In this document: positions 17,844-28,952 of the stretch, one piece after another
How the letters are laid out: each line of letters opens with the position of its first letter
Numbering within the stretch: position 1 is the first letter of the stretch
Source of the DNA: Candidatus Taylorbacteria bacterium RIFCSPHIGHO2_01_FULL_46_22b
GTDB lineage: Bacteria > Patescibacteriota > Minisyncoccia > Phycocordibacterales > DSPV01
Length of the DNA: 64,000 nucleotides
Reading direction: 5' to 3'
Assembly (NCBI GenBank): GCA_001820875.1
Contig: MHRF01000013.1
Span: 9,992-73,991, forward strand
Notes under the pieces: generated by a model
Databases searched by the model: none
Told to the model about the DNA's origin: nothing
Seen by the model: the letters and a program-made list of their open reading frames with translations, nothing else
Program-made: the position numbers and the translations under genes

Positions 17844-18875
17844 TTATAGTGCGCAAACAGATTCAGGCATACAATCAGAAAGAGCGTTGAGTCGAAGCGG
17901 GGCACCCAGATACTCAATAGTGGCATTGACCAGCTGTTGGATGTCGGTAAACCGGCTTTCTTCAGTTGAACCAAGTACCGCTACAACAAAAGGTTCGCCG
18001 AAGCTCGCGTCAAATGCGATTACCAAATTTCCGCCTGCAAGATCGGTTAGTCCTGTTTTTGATCCGAGGATTCCAGGAATTTGAGAGAGAACAACATTTG
18101 TATTTTTCCCAAGCACCGCACGTCCATCGGAATCTCTAAAAGTTTCTTCAACGAGCGTTGTCGTGGTTAAGAGATCGGGGTGCTGTTCTAAAAGATACGA
18201 AAAGAGAATCGCAGTGTCTTTCGCCGAACCATATGCCCCTCCTAAATTTCCGTTCGTATCGAGGCCGGTGCTATTGAGGTAATAGGTCTGCGCAAGTCCT
18301 AATTGCAAAGCACTTTGATTCATAGCATCGACGAAAGTTTGTCTCGAAGTACTTGCATATTTGATAGTCCCCTCTCCCTCGAGAAAGGCACCTGCGACGG
18401 ATGCGATTGATTCTGCGCCAGAATTTGAGGAAGAAATAAGCGTGTAGGCAATTAAATCTTCAAGTGACCATTGTTCTCCCTGACGCAAGCGAGGATCCGC
18501 ATCTTTGGACAGAGGGACAATGGCAATTCGAGTGAATGGTGGGAGAGTTTCTGCCGCGACAAGTGCAGTCATCAATTTGGTGAGGGAAGCAAGTGGCAAC
18601 TGCACTTCTTCTTGATTTCCATACACTACTTCTCCTGTTTTTGCATTGTAAACAATCGCCGATTTTGCGGAGAGTGCTACTTTATCAAAAGGATTATCTT
18701 TAAGCGTAGAAAGAATCGGAAGTTCTGTTGTGTATTGCGCTGCACGGGTCTGTGCTGCATGTATGGAAAGAGTCGCGTAGAAAATAAAACATCCCATCAA
18801 CAACGTAGTTGTTACGCAAAAAGAAGTGAGATTTATTAGCCACAACGGGACAGGGTTTTCGTATTTCTGATTCAT
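17844..18875 (-). CDS. dacA: D-alanyl-D-alanine carboxypeptidase (S11, PBP5-like)
   Basis: ASLTKLMTA (SxxK), SSSNSG (SxN). Signal-anchor N-terminus. Confidence 0.75.
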   Translation of the reverse strand: MNQKYENPVPLWLINLTSFCVTTTLLMGCFIFYATLSIHAAQTRAAQYTTELPILSTLKDNPFDKVALSAKSAIVYNAKTGEVVYGNQEEVQLPLASLTKLMTALVAAETLPPFTRIAIVPLSKDADPRLRQGEQWSLEDLIAYTLISSSNSGAESIASVAGAFLEGEGTIKYASTSRQTFVDAMNQSALQLGLAQTYYLNSTGLDTNGNLGGAYGSAKDTAILFSYLLEQHPDLLTTTTLVEETFRDSDGRAVLGKNTNVVLSQIPGILGSKTGLTDLAGGNLVIAFDASFGEPFVVAVLGSTEESRFTDIQQLVNATIEYLGAPLRLNALSDCMPESVCAL

Positions 18876-18877
18876 AA

Positions 18878-19459
18878 TTAAGCTTGGATTTGTTCGGACT
18901 CTTGATTAGAAGCAACAGCGTCCTGCTCCTGTTGAGCATTTTTAAATTGATCAAGCTCGGCGCGGGCAGTTTCATATTCAGGAAGTTCAGATACTCCCTT
19001 GAGACCCAAGAACGTGATGAGCTCAAATGTCGGCTTATAGAGGAAACTGCGCTGATCGTTCTTATTTTGAACTCGCTCAACCAATCCACGGATAAGCAGA
19101 TTGCGAAGTACGAATGTTGAGTTTACGCCTCGAATATAGTCAATTTCCGATCGTGATACAGGTCCAAAATACAGGATAATCGAGAGAGTCTCAAGTCCTG
19201 CTTTCCCAAGATCTTTATGCAGTTCCTCTTTGGTGAGTTTTTCGATAAGTGGTGAGAATTCAGGCGCAGTGCCGAGCATCACCTCGTCTTCTTTTTTGAC
19301 CAGCGTAATACCGCGGGAAGCAAGAGCAGTTTCAAGTTCAGCGAGTCCTTCTTCGACTGCAGTAATGTTTGAGTCCAGCAATTCAGCGAGTTTCTTTTTT
19401 GAGATTGGTTCTGCTCGCCAGAACAGCACCGCTTCTATTTTTTTTGCCAATGATTCCAT
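18878..19459 (-). CDS. scpB: Segregation and condensation protein B
   Basis: ScpB winged-helix pattern (AVLFWRAEPISKKKLAEL...LSIILYFGPVSRSEIDYIRGV). Confidence 0.85.
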   Translation of the reverse strand: MESLAKKIEAVLFWRAEPISKKKLAELLDSNITAVEEGLAELETALASRGITLVKKEDEVMLGTAPEFSPLIEKLTKEELHKDLGKAGLETLSIILYFGPVSRSEIDYIRGVNSTFVLRNLLIRGLVERVQNKNDQRSFLYKPTFELITFLGLKGVSELPEYETARAELDQFKNAQQEQDAVASNQESEQIQA

Positions 19460-19468
19460 TGATACGTT

Positions 19469-20221
19469 TTATTTATAACTCGGGACGTCGAGTTTCTCGG
19501 TTTCCATCACAATATCATCAAACTGACCGTCTTGTTTAACCGATATAATTCCCTGCTTCACCAGTTCCAGCATCGCAAGAAAGCTGACAATAATGTGTAC
19601 TTTTTCTTTTTTCCCTATGGACGCAAATTCTTTGAAATTAAGTTTAAGATTGCTTTTTATGCGTTCGGTGAGATTGGTGATCATTTCTTCAAGACTCACG
19701 ACTTTCTGGACAATGGCCTTTGCGAGCACCGAGGCTTTAGGTAGTTTATGTAAAAGTTCTCGAAGTGCTGTCGAGAGATTATTACTTGAGGTAAGTTTGT
19801 CAGGAGAGAAAACAGTTACTTGGATGCGCTGTTCAGGTCCGAATATAATTTCTCTACCGAATCGTAGCCGAATATGTTTGCTCAATTCACGCGCTCGAGC
19901 ATACATCTTCAAGCGACGCTCCAAATCGGCGATACTCCCCTGTTCTTCTTCTGAAAGAGCGAGCGAAGGAAGAAGAGATTTTGATTTAATTAACAGAAGT
20001 GTCGAGGCAATCAAAATAAAATGAGCACTTGAGGCAATCGGGAATTCGGAAAGAGATTGGATATAGCTTATATAATCATCGGCAACTTTAGACAAAGACA
20101 CCTCGTTTATGGCAAGTTTCCGTTTTTCAATGAGGTCGAGGAGGAGGTCAAGTGGCCCCTCAAATGAAGGAGTTTTGACCGTAAAGGACTTTTGAGCATG
20201 CACTAGGGTTTCAGACGACAT
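19469..20221 (-). CDS. scpA: Segregation and condensation protein A (kleisin)
   Basis: FEGPLDLLLDLIEKRKLAINEVSLSKVADDYISYI N-terminal motif. Confidence 0.8.
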   Translation of the reverse strand: MSSETLVHAQKSFTVKTPSFEGPLDLLLDLIEKRKLAINEVSLSKVADDYISYIQSLSEFPIASSAHFILIASTLLLIKSKSLLPSLALSEEEQGSIADLERRLKMYARARELSKHIRLRFGREIIFGPEQRIQVTVFSPDKLTSSNNLSTALRELLHKLPKASVLAKAIVQKVVSLEEMITNLTERIKSNLKLNFKEFASIGKKEKVHIIVSFLAMLELVKQGIISVKQDGQFDDIVMETEKLDVPSYK

Positions 20222-20850
20222 GGGAGAATTCTACCAGAAAGAAGGCTTCTGGTATAGGGTTTTTTCAGTTTTGCACACAGAGGGGTTTACAAGCTTTTTA
20301 AGCAGTGTTACCATCTTTAACGTGATACAAATGATTACAAAGAACTTCTCAACCGTACTCGTCTCAGACGTGTATTTTTCGGTTGGGAGCTGGTCTTTGT
20401 AACGAAAATCTCCATCTAGCGTTACAAAAACAAGCTCCCAACCACGGGAGCTTGTTTCGTTCAGTCCGCAAGGAACGTGGACGAAAAAATGTTCATCGCC
20501 AACACCATCCTTCATCTATGGAAACCCACAGGCAGTTCGAAGAATTTGCAGACCTCATACCCACAAACCTTGTTCCCGGGCCAGAAGCAGGGTTGTCTTT
20601 TCCAGACAAACTTGCAGCCGTTTCGGCTCATTGGCAGAGTCCCTGTTCCGAGCCGGAAGTAGGCTTTCGTTCGGACATCGCCAAAGACCGTGCGCGACTC
20701 ATGGGTCCGGAAACCACATGAGTGAAGGATTTCCCCTCCTCTTCCTGCTCTAAGGGGGGCAGGTGCTCACACCCCCATTAGGTGAGCGTTAAACGCCGTT
20801 TTGAATAATGATTTCCCGTGAGGAATCGTTCAAAGCGGCGTTTGTTTTGG

Positions 20851-21390
20851 TTATATTTTTGAAAGTATTTCAAAGAGTTTCTGATACTCTTCCGTATGCA
20901 TCAAAAGATCTCTTTTGGGTTCAGCTACCCATTTCTTGAATTCTTCGATAGAGATATATCTGACCTCATCAACCTCCTCCTTTTGTAAAACTAATTTTGA
21001 TACGTCCAAATCTTTTTTAACCAGATATACGTCTTGAAAATGTTTTGCTTGATTCTTTCGATTGCTCAATTCTGCATCTGTTGATGTGCCAAACAGAAAG
21101 GTGAGTTCTGAAGGTTCTATGGTGATCCCAATCTCCTCTGACACCTCACGCACTGCCGCTTCAATGCTTGTTTGGCCTGCGGAGATATGACCTCCAACCG
21201 ATATATCCCACATCCCACCCCCACGATCTTTTTTGCTCGTTCTTCTCTGAATAAGGAGTTCTCTTTTTGAATTCAAAAACCAGACATGCACAGTCCGATG
21301 CCAATCACCATGCCGATGCACGAGCGATTTGCTTTTTGTTTTGCCAATCTTATTCCCTTTCGCGTCCAAAATATCAATTTGTTCTTCCAT
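20851..21390 (-). CDS. Nudix hydrolase
   Basis: Nudix box GGHISAGQTSIEAAVREVSEEIGI (Gx5Ex7REVxEExGU). Confidence 0.8.
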   Translation of the reverse strand: MEEQIDILDAKGNKIGKTKSKSLVHRHGDWHRTVHVWFLNSKRELLIQRRTSKKDRGGGMWDISVGGHISAGQTSIEAAVREVSEEIGITIEPSELTFLFGTSTDAELSNRKNQAKHFQDVYLVKKDLDVSKLVLQKEEVDEVRYISIEEFKKWVAEPKRDLLMHTEEYQKLFEILSKI

Positions 21391-21392
21391 TT

Positions 21393-21773
21393 CTATTGAT
21401 TGCCAGATACCGCACTGATCACACGGATGACCCCATTTTCTTGGAATCCTTTTATCTCGGTTAGGGAACTTGAGGGAAGCAGAACATCAGGACACGCTCC
21501 CTGCGTGCCGTTATAGACACAATGACTTTCCTGATCAAAGAGAAGCTCGACAGTCAGCGCCGGTGCGCCCTGTGCTTCATATACCAAATACCATGTGTTG
21601 GGTTTTAATCCCGGATTGTCTTTCACCAAGTGTCCCAATTTTTCAAAATTGATCATTGAGCGCGACACATCACTTGTGTCAGGGATCTGCGATTTTTCTT
21701 TTGTCGGGAGGAAAAACCATGTCGCCAGTGCAATGACTATGATTCCGAGCAGTGAAAGTAATAGTTTTTTCAT
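21393..21773 (-). CDS. Small secreted hypothetical protein
   Basis: Signal peptide MKKLLLSLLGIIVIALATWFF. 4-bp overlap with trpS. Confidence 0.4.
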   Translation of the reverse strand: MKKLLLSLLGIIVIALATWFFLPTKEKSQIPDTSDVSRSMINFEKLGHLVKDNPGLKPNTWYLVYEAQGAPALTVELLFDQESHCVYNGTQGACPDVLLPSSSLTEIKGFQENGVIRVISAVSGNQ

Positions 21774-22731
21774 AGTGTCGTACCAATCTTTTCTCTCACC
21801 ACCTTCATCTTCTCCCTTGCGACTTCTCGAGCTTTCTCGGCTCCTTCAGCGAGGATTTTGAGGACGGATTTCTCGTCTTGAGCAAGCACCTTTCGACGTT
21901 CACGCAATGGGGCGATAAAGGCCTCGATATCGGCAATCAAAGCTTCTTTTAAGACCTTATATTTGCCGTTATTTGCCTCGTAGAGAGACTTTAACTCTGC
22001 TTCAGGCCTGAATAGCTTATGGATGGCAAAAACGTTTTTAGGAAGCTCTCCGCTTGAGTCAGTGACAATACCCATAACTGCCTTTTGTATCTCTTCTGGT
22101 TCCGCAAAAAGTGGGATCGTGTTGTTATAACTTTTCGACATTTTCTGGCCGTCAGTGCCCAGCACGACCGCAACATCTGCAAGTATCAAAGGTTCTGGTA
22201 ATTTGAAAGTCTCACTGAAAATTCGGTTGAATTTTTCGGCAGTGTCACGTGCGTATTCGACATGTTGTTTTTGATCCTGCCCTACCGGCACGACATCTGT
22301 GTCATAGAGCAAAATATCTGCGGCCATGAGCATCGGATAGTTGAACGTGCCGACAGAGATTTCTTTGTCTTTTGCTTGCGCATCTTTGTATGCGTGTGCG
22401 CGTTGAAGATACGGCATTGTAGTGATTGTATCGAAAATCCATGCAAGCTCGGTGTGCTCCTGCACATCAGATTGTTTGAATATAACGGATGTCTTTGGAT
22501 CAAGTCCGAGTGCAAGATAATCAAGTGCAAGATCAAGTATGTTTTGGCGCATTTCACCTGCGTTTTGGATGAAGTTCAGGGCATGATAATCGGCAATCAT
22601 AAAGTAACCCGAGTGTGTATTCTGGAGCTCAACAAACTGTTTCATGGCGCCGAAGTAATTGCCGATATGAGGATGTCCTGTCGGTTTGACGCCACTAAGC
22701 AGTGTTTTTTGTTTTTTCTCGTTCACATTCA
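21770..22731 (-). CDS. trpS: Tryptophanyl-tRNA synthetase
   Basis: SGVKPTGHPHIGNY (HIGH) and KMSKS present. Start at MNVNEKKQKTLLSG. Confidence 0.9.
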
Positions 22732-22829
22732 TAGTGTAACAAAAAAGTGCTATTTTGCCGAATAACGAAAGCCCGACGTGTGAGTCGGGCTTTGGATCGA
22801 AGGTCGCTTGTGTTTTGGACATCTGTGTA

Positions 22830-23048
22830 TCAGGAACTGGTGTCGTCTTCAACAATGGCGAAAGCCACTGCTATCCAAACTACGAGAGAGAGGATTATCG
22901 CCACAAAATCCGTGATCTCTAAAGTCGAAGCAGACCACTCATGAGGTACTCCAACGTAGTGGAGGAGTCCAACGTACATTGCAAGTGCAAAAGGTGGCCA
23001 GACGAGTAGCCAGACAACCGCGAGTAGTTTTTCTTTCATTGGGTGCAA
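22830..23048 (-). CDS. Small 2-TM membrane protein, hypothetical
   Basis: LLAVVWLLVWPPFALAMYVGLL and FVAIILSLVVWIAVAFAIV helices. Confidence 0.3.
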   Translation of the reverse strand: MHPMKEKLLAVVWLLVWPPFALAMYVGLLHYVGVPHEWSASTLEITDFVAIILSLVVWIAVAFAIVEDDTSS

Positions 23049-23439
23049 GGTTGAGGGATTTGACTGTGAGGAACAACGCGCAACAGATTTCTCTATGTAT
23101 TACCACACCCTGTCCTCCTCTGTCTACTTGCAGAATATAATGGAATTTAGGTACATTTAATTCCAGATATGAAAACGAAAAGGCGAAAGAAGTACCGTTC
23201 CAAGTACCGCGTCTCAACACCGCGGAAAACCAAAGGAGCTAATCTGAAAGCAAAATTTCAATCAAACCAACGCGGAGGAGCATATTCTTGGGCGCCTCCA
23301 GAAGGCAAGCACGAAAAAATTCCCAACAAAGCAGAGAGCGCTCGAGAATGTAGTCGAGCATTTCATGCCGACAATCCTCGAATTCTCCAAAGGTGGCGGT
23401 TGCAACACACCGCTTAACTTGGAGCACAAACAGAACAAG

Positions 23440-23800
23440 CCAACCGCAAGGTTGGCTTGAGCTTTACATACAAAGGATGCGTCCCGCTTTTGGGCGGGAC
23501 GGGAAGTTCAAACAAGAATGATGCAGGGCTGGTTTTGAAAAACACAACGAGCCAATCCCTTTCGTCGATCATGTCTTGCCGGCTCAAGGTACTCTTTCCC
23601 TCCCAATGTGGTGGTGATTGGAACAATAGAGGGCGGAAATACATGTGCGGCAAGACGAGCGGGACGAAAGTACTCCATCATCCAGTATTCGATTTCCGGA
23701 CCAAATGTTCGAGTTGAGTATGCAGCCATACAACTATCTCCTTTCTGGTCGTGGTGTACAACCTTCCCCATACTGTTCCTTCAGCAATAGTTAGTCAACG
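23440..23800 (+). ncRNA. rnpB: Probable RNase P RNA (bacterial type, divergent or reduced). Boundaries are approximate.
   Basis: Three features support it. First, a P3-like hairpin GCGTCCCGC-TTTTG-GGCGGGACG sits immediately before GGGAAGTTCAAAC (compare P4 GGAAAGUCCGGGC), followed by GCAGGGCUGG (compare AUAGGGCAGGG). Second, AGGGCGGAAATACATGTGCGGCAAGACGAGCGG matches the CR-II/III AGGGUGAAAnGGUGCGGUAAGAGCGCACC. Third, GGACCAAATG (compare GGCCAAAUAGG) and AACCTTCCC can pair with GGGAAGTT as the P4 3-prime strand. Locally GC-rich, with no credible ORF. Confidence 0.45.
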
Positions 23801-23962
23801 TATAAAACAAAAGCACCCATCATCAAACTCGCCGTGAGGCGAAGAGACTAGGGTGCTTCGTGATGTTCTCCATCAGCCCAATCGGGCTCGTGGTGATGGC
23901 GCAAATGACTGGCCATATCACGTGTACGGACAAAGCGTTTGGGAGCGAATCGAATCACTACC

Positions 23963-24787
23963 TTAACGCTTTTTGACGGCCGAGCCCATAGGATCGGCAG
24001 ACGTACCGGCATTAATCGGCGTAGTGGTTTGCTTCTCATAACGTTTGTTTCCCGAAGGGAATTTAACAGAAATATTAGGTGGAGTCAAATTTTCAGCTAC
24101 CGCAAGCAGGGTCGCGATATTTCGCATAACAAGATCTGCGGCAATAACAAAATCATTTCGATCGGGAGTTATTTTAGGCGCGCCGCCACAAAAAGCGAAA
24201 AGGTCTTTAGGATATATCGGCGCACCAAATGAAATCACTGTGTATCGGCGGCGAAGTATGAAGTTTTTGAATCCTATTTTCCACAAATTAGTTAATGCAA
24301 CGGGTACCACGGGCAAACCTGTTTTGAATGACAAATATGCCACCCCACCCTTCCCTTTTCCCAAGTTCCCATCGCGTGTTTTGTATCCTTCAGGAAAGAT
24401 ACAGAGCGAATTTTTATGATTTAAAATTTCGATATGAGTCTCAAGAGAAGCCTCATAGTTATGCTGTCCGGCCTGCACGGGATATGCACCCCAAAATTTA
24501 AACAATGCTCCACCATAAAAGAGTTTTCTCCAGCTACTATTCTTGTAAAAAGATCTTTCGCGGGAAGTGTAGAACATAGGAAAATGTCGGCTTAAAAAGG
24601 GAAAAGAAGCAGGTAAGACAATAGGGTCAAGTTCGCTTGAATGATTGAGAGCAAAAATAATACCGCGAGGAAGGTTTTTGATGTTATCCGTTCCCTCGAT
24701 TTCAAGATGAATGAAATAGCGAAGCAAAAGGCGCGTTGGCACCCAAATAGCCCTTTGCAACATTTTGGGAATAAATTCGTATGTCAT
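23963..24787 (-). CDS. plsC: 1-acyl-sn-glycerol-3-phosphate acyltransferase
   Basis: NHSSELD (HX4D) and FPEGYKTRDG (FPEGTR) motifs. Confidence 0.8.
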   Translation of the reverse strand: MTYEFIPKMLQRAIWVPTRLLLRYFIHLEIEGTDNIKNLPRGIIFALNHSSELDPIVLPASFPFLSRHFPMFYTSRERSFYKNSSWRKLFYGGALFKFWGAYPVQAGQHNYEASLETHIEILNHKNSLCIFPEGYKTRDGNLGKGKGGVAYLSFKTGLPVVPVALTNLWKIGFKNFILRRRYTVISFGAPIYPKDLFAFCGGAPKITPDRNDFVIAADLVMRNIATLLAVAENLTPPNISVKFPSGNKRYEKQTTTPINAGTSADPMGSAVKKR

Positions 24788-24790
24788 TCT

Positions 24791-25855
24791 TTAAATCCCC
24801 TCTTTCTTGAGTTCTTCAACTAATTTTGCCGCAGTCTTGCTCAATTTGCTGGGCAATTCAATGGAAAGTTTGATCATCAAATCACCGCGTTTGTTTTTGT
24901 CATAGGGGATGCCTTTTCCACGCACGCGCAAGATTTCTCCAATTGAAACTCCTGCGGGGATTTTAACGGTTAGATCGCCGTCGAGTGTTTGGAGATGATA
25001 ATCCCCTCCCAGAAGTGCTGTTGAAAGCTTGATTGAGAGATGCGTAACCAGATTCGTTCCTTCTTTGGCAAATAGTGGGTGTTTTCTGACGTGAATTTTG
25101 ACATAAAGATCTCCTGATGAGCCGCCAGAAACTGCCTCACCACCGCCAGTCATTCGGATAACTTCACCGTCTTCAATGCCAGCAGGAATGCGAACGCCGA
25201 TTTCTTCGTCGCGGCGCCGAACACCTAAGCCCTTGCAGCCATTACAGCGTTCTTTGGGAACTTTCCCTTTTCCATGACAGATATTGCACGTAGTAACGGC
25301 AGAGAATGAACCAAAAAATGATCGTTTAGTTTCGTGAATCTTTCCGCGGCCGTTGCAAGTGGTACAGGTTTCAAGCGAAGTTCCTGCGGCTGCGCCACTT
25401 CCTTTACACACTTCGCAGTTACCAGTTTTAGCCAGCAGAATTTTTCGTTCGACGCCGAAGACCGCTTCATTGAACTGCAGTTCAATATCTACAGAAATAT
25501 CACGTCCCCGATTAGGCTGTTGTCCTTTACCTCCAAAAAATTCGCTAAAAATATCACCCAGATCCACACCTTCAAAATTACTGCCGAATCCCGAAAAATC
25601 AAATCCGCCGAAAGGATTTCCTCCGGCTCCCGGACCTGCACCATCAGAGAAGACGCGGCCGTATGAATCATACTCGGCGCGTTTTTTGTCATCGGAGAGG
25701 ACTGTGTAGGCTTCGTTTACTTCCTTGAATTTCTCTGTATTACCGTCTTTCTTGTCAGGATGATATTTGTGGGCCAGTTTGCGGAATGCTTTTTTGATGT
25801 CGTCTTTCGATGCGCTCTTCTCTACTCCCAAAATTTCGTAATAGTTTTTTTGCAT
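24791..25855 (-). CDS. dnaJ: Chaperone DnaJ
   Basis: J-domain with HPD (KYHPDKK). G/F-rich linker. Four CxxCxGxG zinc-finger repeats. Confidence 0.9.
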   Translation of the reverse strand: MQKNYYEILGVEKSASKDDIKKAFRKLAHKYHPDKKDGNTEKFKEVNEAYTVLSDDKKRAEYDSYGRVFSDGAGPGAGGNPFGGFDFSGFGSNFEGVDLGDIFSEFFGGKGQQPNRGRDISVDIELQFNEAVFGVERKILLAKTGNCEVCKGSGAAAGTSLETCTTCNGRGKIHETKRSFFGSFSAVTTCNICHGKGKVPKERCNGCKGLGVRRRDEEIGVRIPAGIEDGEVIRMTGGGEAVSGGSSGDLYVKIHVRKHPLFAKEGTNLVTHLSIKLSTALLGGDYHLQTLDGDLTVKIPAGVSIGEILRVRGKGIPYDKNKRGDLMIKLSIELPSKLSKTAAKLVEELKKEGI

Positions 25856-25989
25856 AGTTTTTGAAAACGTTTAGAAGAATCGACTCATCAATTATAGACC
25901 AATTGGGGCTGTATGATACTTGACTTAAGATATTTTAGTTGCATCCTGTTTCCCAGCCGCCCAAGATTCGGGCGGCTGGAGTTTGACCT

Positions 25990-27888
25990 CTACTTTGTCT
26001 CTGCATCTCGTACTTTTCCCTCTCCGTCTGTTTTGTCATCTCCCGATTGCCCATCCTTCTTTTCGCTACTCGCTTTTCCCTCTTCGCTCTGCTTTGACAT
26101 ATACTGGCCAATTTTTTGCATTTCGGTCGATAGAGCGTCAGCAGCTTGTTTGATTGAGTCTGAATTTCCAGCATCTTTTGCCTTTTTCAACTCGTCAATT
26201 TTTGTCTGCACTCCTGTCGCCACATCTGCCGGAATCTTCTCTTTGAAATCCTTGAGGGACTTCTCGGCGGCATAGACAAGCTGTTCGGCGCTGTTTTTTG
26301 CATCAACCTCTTCTTTTTTCTTTGCGTCTTCGCTTGCATGAGCTTCGGCATCTTTTGACATTCGATCAATTTCATCTTTGGTGAGACTAGATCGAGCTTC
26401 AATACGGATTGATTGCTCTTTGCCACTTGATTTATCTTTTGCCTTTACCTGCAAGATTCCGTTTGCATCCACATCGAAGGTAACTTCAACTTGCGGCATG
26501 CCACGGGGAGCTGGTGGAATACCATCTAAGATAAATCGTCCAAGTGACTTATTATCTGCCGCCATCGCACGTTCTCCCTGCACCACGTGCACTTCAACAC
26601 TGGTCTGATTATCTCCGGCTGTCGAGAAGATTTGTGATTTTGATGCGGGAATGGTTGTATTCTTCTCGATGAGTTTTGTTGCAACTCCACCGAGTGTTTC
26701 AATACCAAGCGAAAGCGGGATCACATCCAAGAGGAGAATGTCCTTTACATCGCCTCCCAAGATTCCACCCTGAATTGCAGCGCCGATTGCAACCACTTCG
26801 TCAGGATTGACTCCCATGTGAGGTTCTTTTCCAAAGAATTCTTTTGCCGCTTTCTGCAATGCGGGCATGCGGGTCTGTCCTCCCACGAGAATTACTTCGT
26901 TGATTTCCCCTACTTTGAAGGGTGACGCTTCAATTGCACGTTTGGTAATTGTCATCGCGCGATCAATGAATTCCTGTGTGAGTTCCTCAAGTTTGGCACG
27001 GGTAAGTGTTACTAAGAGGTGTTTGGGGCCGTCTGAACCCGATGTAATGAAGGGAATGTTGATATCAGTCTGCACTGCTGTTGAGAGCTCAATTTTGGCC
27101 TTTTCAGCGCCTTCATCGAGGCGTTGCAGTGCAAGCGGATCCTTTCGCAAATCAATGCCGTTTTCCTTTGCAAATGTATCTGCAAGCCAGTGCACGATTT
27201 TTGCGTCAATGTCACGGCCGCCAAGGTGACTATCTCCGTCAGTTGATTTGACTTCAATGACATCATCCCCAACCTCAAGCACCGAGATATCGAATGTACC
27301 GCCACCGAAATCAAATACGGCAATTTTTTCGTCTTTTTTCTTGTTGAATCCATATGCAAGCGCAGCAGCTGTCGGCTCATTGATGATGCGCTTCACATCA
27401 AGCCCAGCAATTTTTCCTGCATCCTTTGTTGCCTGTCGCTGACTGTCATTGAAGTATGCAGGTACGGTGATAACTGCCTCAGTGATTTTTTCGCCTAGGC
27501 GCGTCTCCGCATCCGTTTTTAGTTTTTGGAGAATCATTGCTGACACTTCTTCAGGCCGAATCCACTTTTGTCCTACTTTTACTTCTATGCCTCCGTTTGA
27601 AGATTTTCGGGTCTCAAAAGGCACATTTTTGATATCTTTTTGAACTCCGGATTCGTCATAGGTGTGCCCCATGAAGCGTTTAATTTGGAAGACGGTGTTT
27701 TGAGGGTTCGTAACCGCTTGGCGTTTTGCCAAAAGTCCCACGAGCCGTTCGCCCGTTTTTGATTCAGCGACAATGGACGGCGTGGTGCGCGCACCCTCTG
27801 CGTTTTCAAGCACTTTAGGAGTACCTGCTTCCATCACGGCGACTGCGGAGAAGGTTGTCCCAAGATCAATTCCGATAATTTTTGACAT
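25990..27888 (-). CDS. dnaK: Chaperone DnaK (Hsp70)
   Basis: [27 protein letters not shown], and the EEVD-like acidic C-terminus. Confidence 0.95.
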   Translation of the reverse strand: MSKIIGIDLGTTFSAVAVMEAGTPKVLENAEGARTTPSIVAESKTGERLVGLLAKRQAVTNPQNTVFQIKRFMGHTYDESGVQKDIKNVPFETRKSSNGGIEVKVGQKWIRPEEVSAMILQKLKTDAETRLGEKITEAVITVPAYFNDSQRQATKDAGKIAGLDVKRIINEPTAAALAYGFNKKKDEKIAVFDFGGGTFDISVLEVGDDVIEVKSTDGDSHLGGRDIDAKIVHWLADTFAKENGIDLRKDPLALQRLDEGAEKAKIELSTAVQTDINIPFITSGSDGPKHLLVTLTRAKLEELTQEFIDRAMTITKRAIEASPFKVGEINEVILVGGQTRMPALQKAAKEFFGKEPHMGVNPDEVVAIGAAIQGGILGGDVKDILLLDVIPLSLGIETLGGVATKLIEKNTTIPASKSQIFSTAGDNQTSVEVHVVQGERAMAADNKSLGRFILDGIPPAPRGMPQVEVTFDVDANGILQVKAKDKSSGKEQSIRIEARSSLTKDEIDRMSKDAEAHASEDAKKKEEVDAKNSAEQLVYAAEKSLKDFKEKIPADVATGVQTKIDELKKAKDAGNSDSIKQAADALSTEMQKIGQYMSKQSEEGKASSEKKDGQSGDDKTDGEGKVRDAETK

Positions 27889-27987
27889 AGATAAGAATGA
27901 ATTATGAATTCAGAATCACGAATAATGGAAAGAATCTGACACAATCAGAAACCTCTCAAAGAAGCTGCAAGCTAAGAGCTGACAGCT

Positions 27988-28290
27988 TTAAGATATGTAT
28001 GCAGGTGCGCGAGTCAATTGGCTCGTGAAAAACAAGAGTGATACGTAGGGGGAAGCAATAGGAGATGAAGAAGAGAGACCAGAGATAAGAGATGAGAATT
28101 TAGAAGAGAAGTGTGGGAGACAAAGAATCAGGTCATCTTCTGAAATCACATTAAGAGGCTCGGCTGATACGACACGTGCAGAAATCTTTCCGTCAACAAG
28201 GGTCACAAGAAAAACCACGCGATATGATTCGCCGTTTGGAGCAACGAGTATTTTGGTGACTAGCTGCGGTTGTAGATACGGGGAAAGCAT
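27988..28290 (-). CDS. Hypothetical 100-aa ORF between grpE and dnaK
   Basis: ORF only. No motif recognised. Sits where no gene is expected in the grpE-dnaK operon. Confidence 0.25.
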   Translation of the reverse strand: MLSPYLQPQLVTKILVAPNGESYRVVFLVTLVDGKISARVVSAEPLNVISEDDLILCLPHFSSKFSSLISGLSSSSPIASPYVSLLFFTSQLTRAPAYIS

Positions 28291-28324
28291 GTGTGTATTA
28301 TATCAAATCTACAGACATGTCAAG

Positions 28325-28864
28325 TTATGCTTTGTATTCCCCCACCACTACTTTTGGAACTTTCAGGACTTTTCCGTTCAAACTGTATCCTTTCTGGATA
28401 ACTTTGATAATTGAATGTTCAAGAGATTTGTCGGTTACCTGCTCATAGCCAGTTGCCTCGTGTTTTGCATGATCAAATTTTTCGTTAATAGGGTTTAATT
28501 CGATTATTCCGTGTTCGCTCAAGACTTTGTTGAGCTGGGAGTAGATATATTCAACACCTGTGCGCCAATTTTTATCCGCCTTCTCCCACGCCTCCTTGTT
28601 GGCCATGGCCATCTGAAAACTTTCAAGTACGGGTAGAAGTTCTTCAATTAATTGTTCATTGGCAAATTTTGAGAAAGATTTTCGATCTTCCTCATCGCGT
28701 TTGCGGGCATTGATTAAATCAGCTTTGGCGCGCTGCCAACCTGTCAAATACTCCTGCCTTTCTTCAAGAGCAATTTTCAATTTTTCCTTAAGTTTCTTTA
28801 TTTCGTCACCTGCATGTTCTTCGGCAACTACTGAATCATCCAATTCGTCTTCGTTTTTTTGCAT
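28325..28864 (-). CDS. grpE: Nucleotide exchange factor GrpE
   Basis: Coiled-coil N-terminus and GrpE C-terminal beta-domain (VIQKGYSLNGKVLKVPKVVV). Confidence 0.85.
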   Translation of the reverse strand: MQKNEDELDDSVVAEEHAGDEIKKLKEKLKIALEERQEYLTGWQRAKADLINARKRDEEDRKSFSKFANEQLIEELLPVLESFQMAMANKEAWEKADKNWRTGVEYIYSQLNKVLSEHGIIELNPINEKFDHAKHEATGYEQVTDKSLEHSIIKVIQKGYSLNGKVLKVPKVVVGEYKA

Positions 28865-28952
28865 AAAATGACTATAACAAAATTAGTACCGTACCTGCAA
28901 GAAACCGCCGCCCAGATTTTCATCGAGGGCGGCGGCGAGATTTTCTTTCGGG

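Noticed and set aside
22735-22800. Possible T-box leader upstream of trpS
   Set aside because: The hairpin AAGCCCGACTCACACGTCGGGCTTT is present, but the conserved T-box sequence (AATTAGGGTGGTACCGCG-like) is absent. More likely the terminator of the upstream small gene.
23169-23417. 82-aa highly basic ORF (MKTKRRKKYRSKYR...)
   Set aside because: No RBS or motif. Lies in the GC-rich block that more likely belongs to the leader or 5-prime flank of the putative RNase P RNA. Kept only as a note.
26187-27809. Several 60-120-aa ORFs on both strands inside dnaK
   Set aside because: Nested in or antisense to dnaK, which is unambiguous. No motifs.
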